This document shows positions 53,455-63,675 of a stretch of 64,000 bases of DNA, in pieces. Under the pieces are notes generated by a model. It ran no database searches and was not told where the DNA came from. It was given only the letters and a program-made list of their open reading frames with translations. A program made the position numbers and the translations under genes. How positions within the stretch are numbered: the stretch's first letter is position 1; every line of letters starts with the position of its first letter. The DNA comes from Marsupella aquatica (Eukaryota; Plantae; Marchantiophyta): positions 19,245,048-19,309,047 of the forward strand of contig OZ316891.1 of the NCBI GenBank assembly GCA_973895155.1. The letters are read 5' to 3'.

Positions 53455-55377
53455 ATGGGACGATGGGAATTGTCTTCTGATGATGAAGACAAAGAGTTCA
53501 CGACACAACATCTTACCATGCAAGATGGTCAAGGATCCTATTGTGACGATGAAGCTCTTCGTAATAATGTGTTGGATAATCTTACAACCATTGGCATTCA
53601 CTATGAGGCTAAACCCAAGGTTGATGGAACACCGGCGCCAAACACAAGAAGATGGGAAGATGAGGGTATGAAGGATGAATGGAGTATATTAACGCCCAAT
53701 GTAAATCCTCCCCATGACGAATGGGCCATGAATGCAAAGGAATTGGAGATGTTGATGCCAAAGAAAGACTTTTGGCCATTAGCACAACAAGTTTTTCACG
53801 ATCCGGATCTTTGGGCAACAAGATCATGGGCGCAAGAAAAATTCACCATGTCCAAAGTAACACATGCAGGTGTTAAATCACATTGGCAGCAACGATATCG
53901 AGAGTTTGCTCCACACAAAGCCCAAACGAAAATGAGTTCCGTTTACCCTCCTTTTATCCGATGTCTGATTGCTGAATTCATTCTCAAGTGGAAGGTGGAT
54001 TACCGTTGGGAAAACAGTGCTGGCAAGCTGACTCATCAGGTGCATCCATCAGTGGTTGCGATTGCAACGAATAGGAATACAACTATTGCAAAGGACCCTT
54101 CAATGGAGACTTCCAACAAGGGATCCAAAAGAAAGCTAGATGACACTGGGGAGGGATATGCGCATGAGAAGGGGAAAGCGGCTGTACTTCCTCGAGTCTC
54201 CATGCCTGACCGTGCAGCACCACCAACCAATGTGGAGTCAACGCACACCAAAAAACCAATCCTTGTAGGTGTTGGGAGTAGAACTCCACATGCAAAGAAC
54301 AACAATGTTACTGATGCTAACAAGGATAAGTTCAACCTGCACAACATATGCAAGAGCTTGGGGGCAGATGTTGCAGAGGTGATTGAGACAAATCTCCGCA
54401 CGAAGTATGTAGTGGAGCTATGTGAATGTGGCAGCATCGAAAAGTTCAAGTCACAATTGCAACAAGCTGATATAAAGATGAGATCACTTGAGAAGAAGCA
54501 GAACGAGCCGACGACCAATTCGGAAGTGATGTTGTACAAGTATCAATTGTTTGACAAGATGGAAGAAATCAATAAGCTGACAAAACAACTTGCTGAAAAA
54601 GAGCGTCAATGCAATGAACTGGCACGACTTGAGGAGAAGGACAAGATCATTAATGATCTTAAAAGTGAACTTGCAACGCAAGCAATCATCATATCAAATC
54701 TTCACGAAGAGGTGCAAGAATTTAACAATGGTGCTTTGGGGATGAGGTCAAACAAAGGGCAAGGTGAATTATCGCCGCCAAATTTTGTTAACATGCAAAT
54801 CATAGATCCTACAGGGCACAGCAACCTTTTTCCAGATGTGGAGGTTGACGCGGAAGGTATTGATAGGTTTTTTGATAAGTGGAAAAAGGATGAAACTATG
54901 GCAGCATTTGTTCGTGAAAAGGATGACAAGTGTACTTGGTGCCTATATCCTTGGGGCCCTGAATCTGTTTCCATGTTGGGAACCTGCGGTCATATATGGC
55001 ATCATGCTTGCTTGTCTAAATGGTTGAAGAAAAGCCGAAAATGTTGGTGTCGCACACCATTTCATGAACGCGAGTATGAGCAACGAGGATTGTTGAAGCA
55101 AATGCCATCAATGGAGACTCAACAAAACACTGAAGATATGACTGAAGATACTATACCGGCGATGCAAATAGATGAAACTCCCATTGAACATTTCACAATC
55201 AATGAATATAATTTGTCAGATGGGGAATTTGACAGGTTGTTATTCAGTGGTCGACTCGATGAGTGGAAACAATATGCGGCAGCCAACCAGCCATCAATAT
55301 CAGCAAAATTTGCAACGATCCATTCGGCGCCATCGACGACGTCAACAACAGGCAGAGGTGAAAACAGAAGCTGTTGA
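53455..55377 (+). CDS. Intronless coiled-coil plus RING-H2-like protein (putative E3 ubiquitin ligase), ~640 aa
   Basis: Long open ORF with a coiled-coil region (KMEEINKLTKQLAEKERQ..) and CTWC-x14-CGHIWHHAC-x10-CWC. The ATG at 53455 (MGRWELSSDDED) is taken as the start. Confidence 0.8.
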   Translation: MGRWELSSDDEDKEFTTQHLTMQDGQGSYCDDEALRNNVLDNLTTIGIHYEAKPKVDGTPAPNTRRWEDEGMKDEWSILTPNVNPPHDEWAMNAKELEMLMPKKDFWPLAQQVFHDPDLWATRSWAQEKFTMSKVTHAGVKSHWQQRYREFAPHKAQTKMSSVYPPFIRCLIAEFILKWKVDYRWENSAGKLTHQVHPSVVAIATNRNTTIAKDPSMETSNKGSKRKLDDTGEGYAHEKGKAAVLPRVSMPDRAAPPTNVESTHTKKPILVGVGSRTPHAKNNNVTDANKDKFNLHNICKSLGADVAEVIETNLRTKYVVELCECGSIEKFKSQLQQADIKMRSLEKKQNEPTTNSEVMLYKYQLFDKMEEINKLTKQLAEKERQCNELARLEEKDKIINDLKSELATQAIIISNLHEEVQEFNNGALGMRSNKGQGELSPPNFVNMQIIDPTGHSNLFPDVEVDAEGIDRFFDKWKKDETMAAFVREKDDKCTWCLYPWGPESVSMLGTCGHIWHHACLSKWLKKSRKCWCRTPFHEREYEQRGLLKQMPSMETQQNTEDMTEDTIPAMQIDETPIEHFTINEYNLSDGEFDRLLFSGRLDEWKQYAAANQPSISAKFATIHSAPSTTSTTGRGENRSC

Positions 55378-55991
55378 CAATAACAACAAAAGGAACTAAA
55401 ACCAATAGTCTCTACATTTTGATGTTATTTTCATGTAGTTACTATTAGAGACATTTTGTTAAAATAGAAGCGGCATATCCTCTTTGACAATTATTTTCAA
55501 CTTGTAATTGGTAAAGAGATTTTGGAGTGACATTACATTGCATATCTCGATGAGTACATATATTTTTCATTGGGGGCATGGCGTCGCCTTTTGGAGAATG
55601 TGTATTTTCGTATGAATATTCCATCCTCCAATCAGCCATAGGTTTTGGAAGCATATTGTCGGGCTCACAATCATATTTTTGGACAAGTATGAGGAAAATA
55701 GACGTGATGAGAGACGGTAGCACAGTGGACTCAGGTACTGATCCTTCTCTGAAATCATTTCCAAAAGGAGATCGTGTAGCACAATGAGTTCAACAAAGTC
55801 AACATCGCAATGGTTTTAGCCGCCCAAGTTGAGAATGATTTTGTAGAAGGATGTATACCTAAGTCCACTCACTTTTCCTGTCTTTCATAATTTTTTCCGC
55901 TATTGCTGCTATGGCCAATGACATTCATGCACATGCGAACCGAGGCCAACGCCTACTCCTTTGCCCACCGCAAAAATGGGCCCTCATTACA

Positions 55992-57179
55992 ACTTGAAGT
56001 TGAACGGAGTTTATTTGAGTACGAGAGAAGTTCTGAAAGCAAATGCACTCTCAGGTCAAATTTTCAGGTCCTTCGAGCAAAACATTACTGAGTATGTCAT
56101 CGATCCGTTGGTTTCACAACTTCTCTCGTACTCAAATAAACTCTGTTCAACTTCAAGTAGCGTAGCTGCTACGACCAATGACATTCATGCGCATGCAAAC
56201 CGAGGCCAACGCCTCTACATTTGCCTACCCCAAAAATGGGCCCTAATTAGAACTTGAAGTTGAACAGAGTTTTTTTCATTATGAGAAGGTTTATTCAAGC
56301 AATGGCACTCTCAGGTCAATATTTCAGGTCCTCCTGACTTTGTTATTATTGAATATGTTCGTGCTCCGTTGCTTGAATAAATCTTTTGATAATGAAATGA
56401 ACTGACCAATTACTGGAGTACGGCTACTACGGCCTATGACATTAATTCGCACAATTGCATGTTTATATCCTCTCCTTTCCGAATTCCAATTCGAGCTTGG
56501 ACATCCTCTCGTCAGCTGGTCTCCACCATTGCAGTTGCTCTTCACGCAAACCAAGATAGCAGTCTCTAGAATCCTCGAACCTATTTTATTTCAATGCATC
56601 ATTCATAGTGTTTGAGGAATCCAGAGGTTCGCGTGAGGAGCAACTGAAAGGGTGGAGACCTGCTGACGAGAGGGTGTCCAAGCTCGAATTGGAATTCGGA
56701 CAGGAGAGGATATAAACGGGTGAACTTTGACTTGAAATTGGTGATTGTATTTTGCGTCTGCATATCAATTTGGTGACCGATCTTGCGGAATCCCCGTGAC
56801 CGTGTCTGATCATCATCATGACATTGCTCTCCTTGGCCACCAATGGGCCCTCATTACAACTTCAAGTTGAACGGGGTTTATATGATTATGAGAAGGTTAC
56901 TGATTATGTAGGCGATGTGTTCATTTCACAACTTCTCTCATAGTCATATAAACTCTGCCCAACTTCAAGTAGTGCAGCTGCTACGGTCAACGACATTCAC
57001 CCACCCCAAAAATGGGCCCTCATTACAACTTCAAGTTCAACTAAGTTTATTTTATTACGAGAAGGTTTATTCAAGCAATGACATTCTCAGGTCCAATAAT
57101 GAGGTCCTCTCGACCTCATTATTATTGAATATGACGGTGCTCTATTGCTGGACTAAATCTTCGCATAGTGAAATGAACT
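55992..57179 (+). ncRNA. Cluster of five foldback (hairpin/pre-miRNA-like) structures
   Basis: Hairpins at 55992-56158, 56268-56403, 56461-56717, 56859-56970, 57044-57179. The inverted repeats are directly visible; expression as RNA is inferred. Confidence 0.55.
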
Positions 57180-57466
57180 AACCAATTAATGGAGGGGGCT
57201 AGTATGGACTACGGCTGCTATGGCCAACAACAAGGTACTTTGAAATAGTCAGTGTTGGAGATTTGGAAAACATGTTGCGTTGGTGTGTCTCTATGGCATT
57301 CTCAAATGCAAATACAAATAAATTATTCAATCATTGTACAATAATAAACACACTGCAAGACAATACAATCATGTTACAAAAAATATAATTGTTTATAATT
57401 TTGTCTATGTCAGATACGACAATATAAGAGTAGCAACACTTGATATTATCCTAATGAAAAGATGCT

Positions 57467-60373
57467 TCAAGGCTGTGAAGAGAAATTTCGTGCATTGTTG
57501 TTAAGATTTTTGCACAAAAGCGCATTCCACTCGTCTTGTTTGTCGCCCCAACTGAGTGGATCACGATTGTGTGACTGAACATTGTGCGATGTTTCTTGAA
57601 ATGATGATATTCCTCGAAACCCACCAAGGCCAATAGGCCTGTTCGACGTATATGGATTCATGACACTTGGCCCTGCATACGCATTCAAGGGTGGACCTGC
57701 ATGGTGTTGCCAGTTTGCATGTGGGTCGTTTGAAGTTTGACCTTCATGATTGTTGTATCCATGAAAAAAGGTTGATGTCCTTCCATTCGTCGGATGCCCT
57801 GCTGTGCCTGTGCGTTGCTCGTTGAAATATGGTCTACTTGTGTCAACATCATTCGCAAAGTTCGACCAAGGTGACCTTGGTTGGGAAGGCATCACAAAGT
57901 TTCTGTCCAGTGATGCATCTTCCTCGTCTTGGATTTGCGATTCATCAATTGTAGGATACATCTCCAAATCCATTTCATTCTCCCATTCCTCTACAGCAGT
58001 GATGTCTGTATCTGGTGGAATACGAGTCAAGAACTCACTATCCTTATCCAGTGAAAATCCGTGTAGCAATTCATCAGTATCATCAATTGTATCATAATCT
58101 TCGACATCTTCTTCACCAAGAGCCGCACGTGTTGCATCGTACTCTTCATTGCTGCACAACTCCATGGAGATAGGTCTAGGTCCATCATTTGTTCTTCTTC
58201 TTTGGTCATAACGTTCATATATAAACGTATGCGGGTTTCGAACATTTGTGAGCCCTTTCTCTACCCTCATGTTTGTAAATACAAACACCAAATCTTTTGC
58301 TCGATCATTTGTCAATCGATTGCGACTTTTGGAATGTATAAATCCATACAAACTCCAGTTTCGCTCGCAAGCTGATGCGCACACTTTTTGGTGTAAGATT
58401 CTTCGCGCCAGGATTCTCAAATGTTTATAATCTGCACCATACGCATGCCACCACTCTGCTGGACTGACATTACCTATACTTGATTGGGCGGCTCCCATCG
58501 CTATTGATGTGTTGGGATTTTTTTTTTGGGCGTCAATGGCTTGACTGTGGATGGCAGAAATAAGTTCTCTGACGTCGCGATCATGGTTGATCCCCTCCTT
58601 TACCTGTTGTTCTGAATATCTAGCAATGTATTCACTGAAACCCCTGTAGAGTTCTGGATCTCCAGCGACATCTATGTCCTCATCAAAAAACATTTGGGGA
58701 TTGAGATATGCTGCCGCTAGCATGAAATCAGTGGTAAGAGATTTTTTTCGATCCAAATACACTTTTAGTATCTTCGGTTTCAATACCTCTGTTACCAATG
58801 GACAATCCTCCATGCTTGCTTTCAAAACATCAATCCCTCTTTTCAAACTCCAATACAACCAACCTGATTGCGGAGAATCACCATCAAATTCTCGCAACAT
58901 CTTGACCAACGGAGTAAAGAATTTAACTGTATCCTTCACTTCAACCCAAAATGTATCTTGCTATATCCACATTTTAAGTTCGTCTGCCTTTCCCCTCGTC
59001 ATGTGTCCAGCTGATTTTGGTCGCAATGGAAGTCTATCACGATAAGACTGCCAATTATCATCAATGACCATCTGTTGTAAAGCTCCTCTTAGCTCCAACG
59101 CTCTTTGTGCCATTAGGAAATTGGTCGCAAATCTAGTTGCATTTGGATTCAACAGTTTTTTGTCAGGAGATTTTCTTGCAAATATTGCAAAAAGCTTTTA
59201 CGATGATGAAACTGCTTTTACTATCCACCTCAACCGTTTAAAAATCTTTTGGAATGGATTATGTCCAACATCATCTACCACTACACGCTTGTGACCACAC
59301 ATATCCTCTAGCAGCAAATTAAACATGTGGGCAGCACACCAGCTCCAAGTGACATGAGGATACTTTTTCATGACTACCTCACAACCTGCTACGCGATTTG
59401 CGGGTGCTCCATCAGTTACAATTTGAATAATATGATCTGCACCAATATCCTCAATGTATTTCAACCACATGTCGCCAAGATATTTCCCATCTTTCTTGTC
59501 AGCTTGCGCAGCATTCCAACTATCCAAGAAGAAGTCACCTTTAGAAGTCAACAACATGACATTCATCAAAGGTTCTCTTCGGACGTTTTCCCATCCATCT
59601 GAAGAAAGAGAATACCCATAAGGTTTTGCCTCCTTTAAAGTTTGCGTCATGTCCTTTGTGAGATCCTCCTTACTGTCTTCCAATAATTTCAATCGCAAAC
59701 TTCGCATCGTAGGTAGAGAATAACCATTGACAATCCCTTTTGAAGTCTCTATGACTGCTTCTCGAAAAAAAGGATTATTTGAAACATTGAATGGAATACC
59801 ACTGGTGTAGAAAGCTTTCGCCCAAAGCTTATCCAAATTTGTTCTATTTGGAATTTGATAGGCATCCATAATTGGGTTAGGAAGATTTACTGGCCTATCT
59901 CCTTCCCTTACATGTGTATCATCCATGTCAACATAGTTTGACCCTCGTGTGGATGCTTGCGAATATGAACTTCCAACGCTTGGCCTACGACCTCTCACAT
60001 CCCACAAGATATGACTTCCATCTCGTCGTTTGTACTTTAAGGTCGGTGGAACCTTTATCACATTGTACATAATGTTGATGGCATCCAAATCGATGACACC
60101 ATAGAGTTGCATGCAAGGGGGCGCATCCCCTTTTTGGATGTTTCCCATCAAATGCGCCTTTGCTCGTGTTGCATGATGAGTAACGTATGTTAAACAATAC
60201 TTGCATCTTCGATAGATACGATTGACATCATGACATGTTGAAGGCGCATCACATCGTTCAAAATATCTCCACACTGGAGATTGTTTTGAAGGGTGTTCTT
60301 GCACACGAGTTGGACCAGGCCTGGGAGTAGTGGAATGATATCCAGTTTCATGCGAATCCTCTTCATCGGACAT
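57467..60373 (-). pseudogene. hAT transposase (BED finger, DDE catalytic core, hATC dimerisation), one frame with two in-frame stops
   Basis: SPVWRYF..CKYC..HATRAKAHL (BED), LSSDGW, IVTDGA, CAAH, TRF, AAAYLNP, EWW, SACERNWS. ORFs 60448-59198, 59152-58961 and 58939-57467 share one frame, with stops TAA 59200-59198 and TAG 58963-58961. Confidence 0.92.
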
Positions 60374-60944
60374 TGTTACGACTCTCAATGGTAAAAAAAT
60401 AAAAGGGTTGATTCTTTTGATTTTGTGAATATAACAAATATAGTACAATGGGTTACTTTCCTGAATTATCGCAGACTGGGCCTAAGCTCAAAGCATGCGC
60501 AGGAAAGTTTCCCAAATTCTTATATTTGTCAACATCCCTACTTCAACCTATGTTATGTAATATCTATAACTTCACAATAGTTTATCTTTGAAGTGAACAT
60601 ATGTACGAGAAATCGTGATACCCATATGAAATGTCATAGACCGAGCCAAAGCTCTAAGCATATGCACATGGGTATCTCTTTACTCGCAAGTAGTTCACTT
60701 TCAAACAAAACAATGATGCAAAGTTGTTAAGGCGATATAAGGAACTTCTCGTACGAATTATCGCAGACCGAGCCGAGCTCAAAGCATGCGCGTACAAGAG
60801 TTCCAATGTATCCCTCCGATCTCTCCCTAATGCTAAACCACAAGAGAGAGAAACACAATGAGACTTTGGATTAGTGAAATGAATTAGTTATTCCTACTTA
60901 TACTAAATCATCTACTTCTTATCCTCTCTTAAAACTCTTAATCT

Positions 60945-61580
60945 TTGATCCTAACCCTAATTGCGCCTCCCTTAACCCTAATCTCGCGCCCCTAACCCTA
61001 ATCCCGCCTCTAACTCTTCCCCGGCCACCAATTCCCGAGCCCCATCCCCGAACCCCGCACCCCGTTCCCCGAACCCCGCACCCCGTTCCCCGAACCCCGT
61101 TCCCCGCATCCCCGAACCCCCTACCCGAACCCCCTTCCCCGAACCCCCTACCTCGTTCCCCGAACCCCGTTCCCCGAACCCCGTTCCCCAAATCCCCGAA
61201 TCCCGGCCCCCCTTTCCCGCCCCCCCTTCCCCGGTTCCCCGAATCCTCGTCCCCGAATGCCCCCCGTCCCCGGTTCCCCGAATCCCGTCCCCCGGGCCAC
61301 CTTTACCCCGGCCGGCCCCGGAAGGGTCCGGGCAGGGTTCGGGTGGGGGTCCGGGGAGGGTTCGGGTGGGGGTCCGGGGAGGGTCCGGGAAAGGCCCGAG
61401 AGTCCGGGGAGTGTTCGGGGGAGGGTCCGGCGAGGTTCCGGGAAAGGCCCGGGAGGGTCCGGGGAGGGTCCGGGAAGGGCCCGGGAGTCCGGGTTCGGGT
61501 CAGGGGGAGTTCGGGTTCAGGTCCGGGGTGCTCGGGAGGTGTTCGCGAAAGGTCCGGGGAAGTCGGGGTTCGTTCGGGAG
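60945..61580. repeat. Right subterminal array (C-rich CCCGAACCCC switching to G-rich GGGTCCGGG near 61310), preceded by CTAACCCTAA-like motifs
   Basis: Directly visible repeats; orientation flips at CCCCGGCCGGCCCCGG. Confidence 0.85.
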
Positions 61581-61694
61581 AATCTTCAGGAATATACGTC
61601 AAATTGCGTGTTTTCGGGCCGTCATTTGACGATTTGACGTGCCCGACAAGGCGTCAAGGTGCCCGTCAGATTAAACCGGGGTGGGGAGGCATCT

Positions 61695-61945
61695 GGGAAG
61701 CCAAATATGCCCTCTTGGATACAACTACAAAAATAACGTGTACAGCAGTAACAGTCACAGAATACACAGAATAGACCAATAGTGTGTATTAATGTCACCT
61801 TATCTGAACGAGCATATGGGAAGCCAAATACTTCCTCTCCGATATAACTTCAATAATAATGTATACAGTAATGGTCCCAATGTAGGCCAATAGTGTATAT
61901 AAATGTCACTTTATCTGAACCAACATATGGGAAAGCCAAATACAT
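61695..61945 (+). repeat. ~115-bp degenerate tandem repeat whose other unit lies at ~50022-50115 on the far side of the hAT
   Basis: AAAATAACGTGTACAG..ATAGACCAATA..GTATTAA..TTAT..GA(A)CGAGCA.ATG is shared by both flanks. Confidence 0.7.
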
Positions 61946-62119
61946 GTTAAGGATGCCTTTGGGGCCTTAAGCTGTTGGCAGGATAGCACTTTTACTTATG
62001 ATTACATTTCATAATGTTGACCATACTTCCAATGGTCTGCATGGAGCACAGAGATACATTCCAATTCTTGTACCCAGGTATTAGTCAATGTACAAGTCAA
62101 TGTTTACATCACCCAAAGG

Positions 62120-62459
62120 CCCGGTTTGACCTTGCCCGTCAAACTGGGCGAAAATGGCCGGCAAATGGGCAACCTGGCACCCGGGCTCGGGAGTAGTCCG
62201 GGAGGGGTGGGTTCGGGTTTGGGGGGGGGGGGGGTTCGGGTTCGGGGGCGGTTTGGGGGTGCTCCGGGGGGGGGGTCCGGGGGGGCGGTCCGGGGGGGGA
62301 AGTTCGGGTTCGGGGTCTGGCCGGGGAGAGGCGGTCTGGGGGGGGGGGGGTTTCGGGAGAATCTTTTCGAGTATCCGTCAAATTGGTCATTTTTGGGCCG
62401 TCATTTGATGATTTGACGTGCCCAACAAGGCGTCAAGGTGCCCATCAGGTTAAACCGGG
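62120..62459. mobile_element. 340-bp non-autonomous MITE derivative of the adjacent hAT element
   Basis: Same termini (CCCGGTTTGACCTTGCCCGTCAAACTGGGCG.. and ..CAAGGCGTCAAGGTGCCC..TTAAACCGGG) and its own 8-bp TSD CCCAAAGG (62112-62119, 62460-62467). Confidence 0.92.
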
Positions 62460-62489
62460 CCCAAAGGTCCTTATCGTAAAATGAAGGGT

Positions 62490-62605
62490 GCTTGCTCATC
62501 CCATAATGAGGTATATTGACTCCCATATATAGTCTCATTGCGGACATGTGTCGCGCTTGCTCATCCCATAATTAGGTATATTGCCTCCCATATACAGTCT
62601 CATCA
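62490..62605. repeat. ~65-bp tandem duplication
   Basis: GCTTGCTCATCCCATAAT(G/T)AGGTATATTG(A/C)CTCCCATATA(T/C)AGTCTCAT occurs twice. Confidence 0.7.
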
Positions 62606-62899
62606 TGTACATGTGTAGACCATACCTCAAAATGGAACAGCGAGCATCCTTAACCATGTAATTGGCAAACGCTCAAGGGAGTTTTGGTTTATGTCTGCCA
62701 CAACAGGCTCAATGCTCTGGCTCAAGTCAGAAACCGGACTTACACCATACGACACAGTGCAATTGTATCACCCTAGCGCATGCCAGAAAGTTCTGACCTT
62801 ATGAGTACCCTAGACTGTATATGCATCATTTTGAAGTGTAAATTGTGATGTGGCATATTTTGATTGACCCCAATGTTTGTATAGTCAGCCACTGCCCTT

Positions 62900-63675
62900 T
62901 ATAAATATCTGAGCCCTCTTGAATACAAGGTGAATGCCTTGTAATACAAGAGACAGCATATGTGTAAGAAGGGAGTTGACACGAATCCTGAATTCATTCC
63001 CAACTTGAAATATCTGAGCCCTCTGGAATACCACATACACCCTATCCGTATGTCCTGTAATACATGAAATACACTATGTGTAAGAAGGTAGTTGACACGA
63101 ATTCTGATATTAATTCCCAACTTGAAACATCTGAGCTCCCTGGAATACCAGATACCCCCTTATCCGTATGTCCTGTAATACATGAAACACCATCTGTTGA
63201 TATGTGTAAGAAGGTAGCAGACAAGAATCCTGAAATAAATTCCCAACCCGAAATATCTAAACCCTCTCGAATACAACATACACCCTATGTCAATGTACTG
63301 TAATACATGAGATACCATCTGTGTCCTGTTGGTAAATCACACATCAAAATGTGGGTACATTCATTGATTGAAAGAAAAAAACTAGGTTATCATGGTATAC
63401 AGGGATGTCTTACATCATATATATGTCATATTTTGATATATGATTATAGAGACCCATATATGTAAGAAGGTAGTTGACAAGAATTCTGAAATTAATTCAC
63501 ATCCCCAAGTACCTGAGCCCTCTGCATACAACACACCCCTATGTCTATGTAGTGTAATCATGAGACACCATATGTGGAATAAGGTACTTGACAAGTTGAC
63601 ACTGAAGACTCCTTAAATTAATTCACATCCCAAAATACCTGAGCCCTCTGGAATACAACATACACCCTATGTCTA
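62900..63675. repeat. Degenerate satellite-like array, ~115-125-bp unit, about 5-6 copies
   Basis: TGTGTAAGAAGGTAGTTGACACGAATTCTG..TTCCCAACTTGAAA..CTGAGCCCTCTGGAATAC..ACCCTAT..GTAATACATGA is repeated. Confidence 0.8.

Larger units (their letters stand above)
50137..61680. mobile_element. 11.5-kb hAT-superfamily DNA transposon carrying kinase and RING genes
   Basis: TIRs CCCGGTTTGACCT.. and ..AGATTAAACCGGG. Identical 8-bp TSD GTGGGGAG at 50129-50136 and 61681-61688. Internal hAT transposase and GC-rich subterminal arrays. Confidence 0.93.

Noticed and set aside
55905-57230. CRISPR-like repeat-spacer interpretation
   Set aside because: Units are long, diverged and irregular, the context is eukaryotic, and there are no cas genes. 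Foldbacks explain it better.
60919-62416. Gly/Pro-rich ORFs at the right end and within the MITE
   Set aside because: Same repeat artefact.
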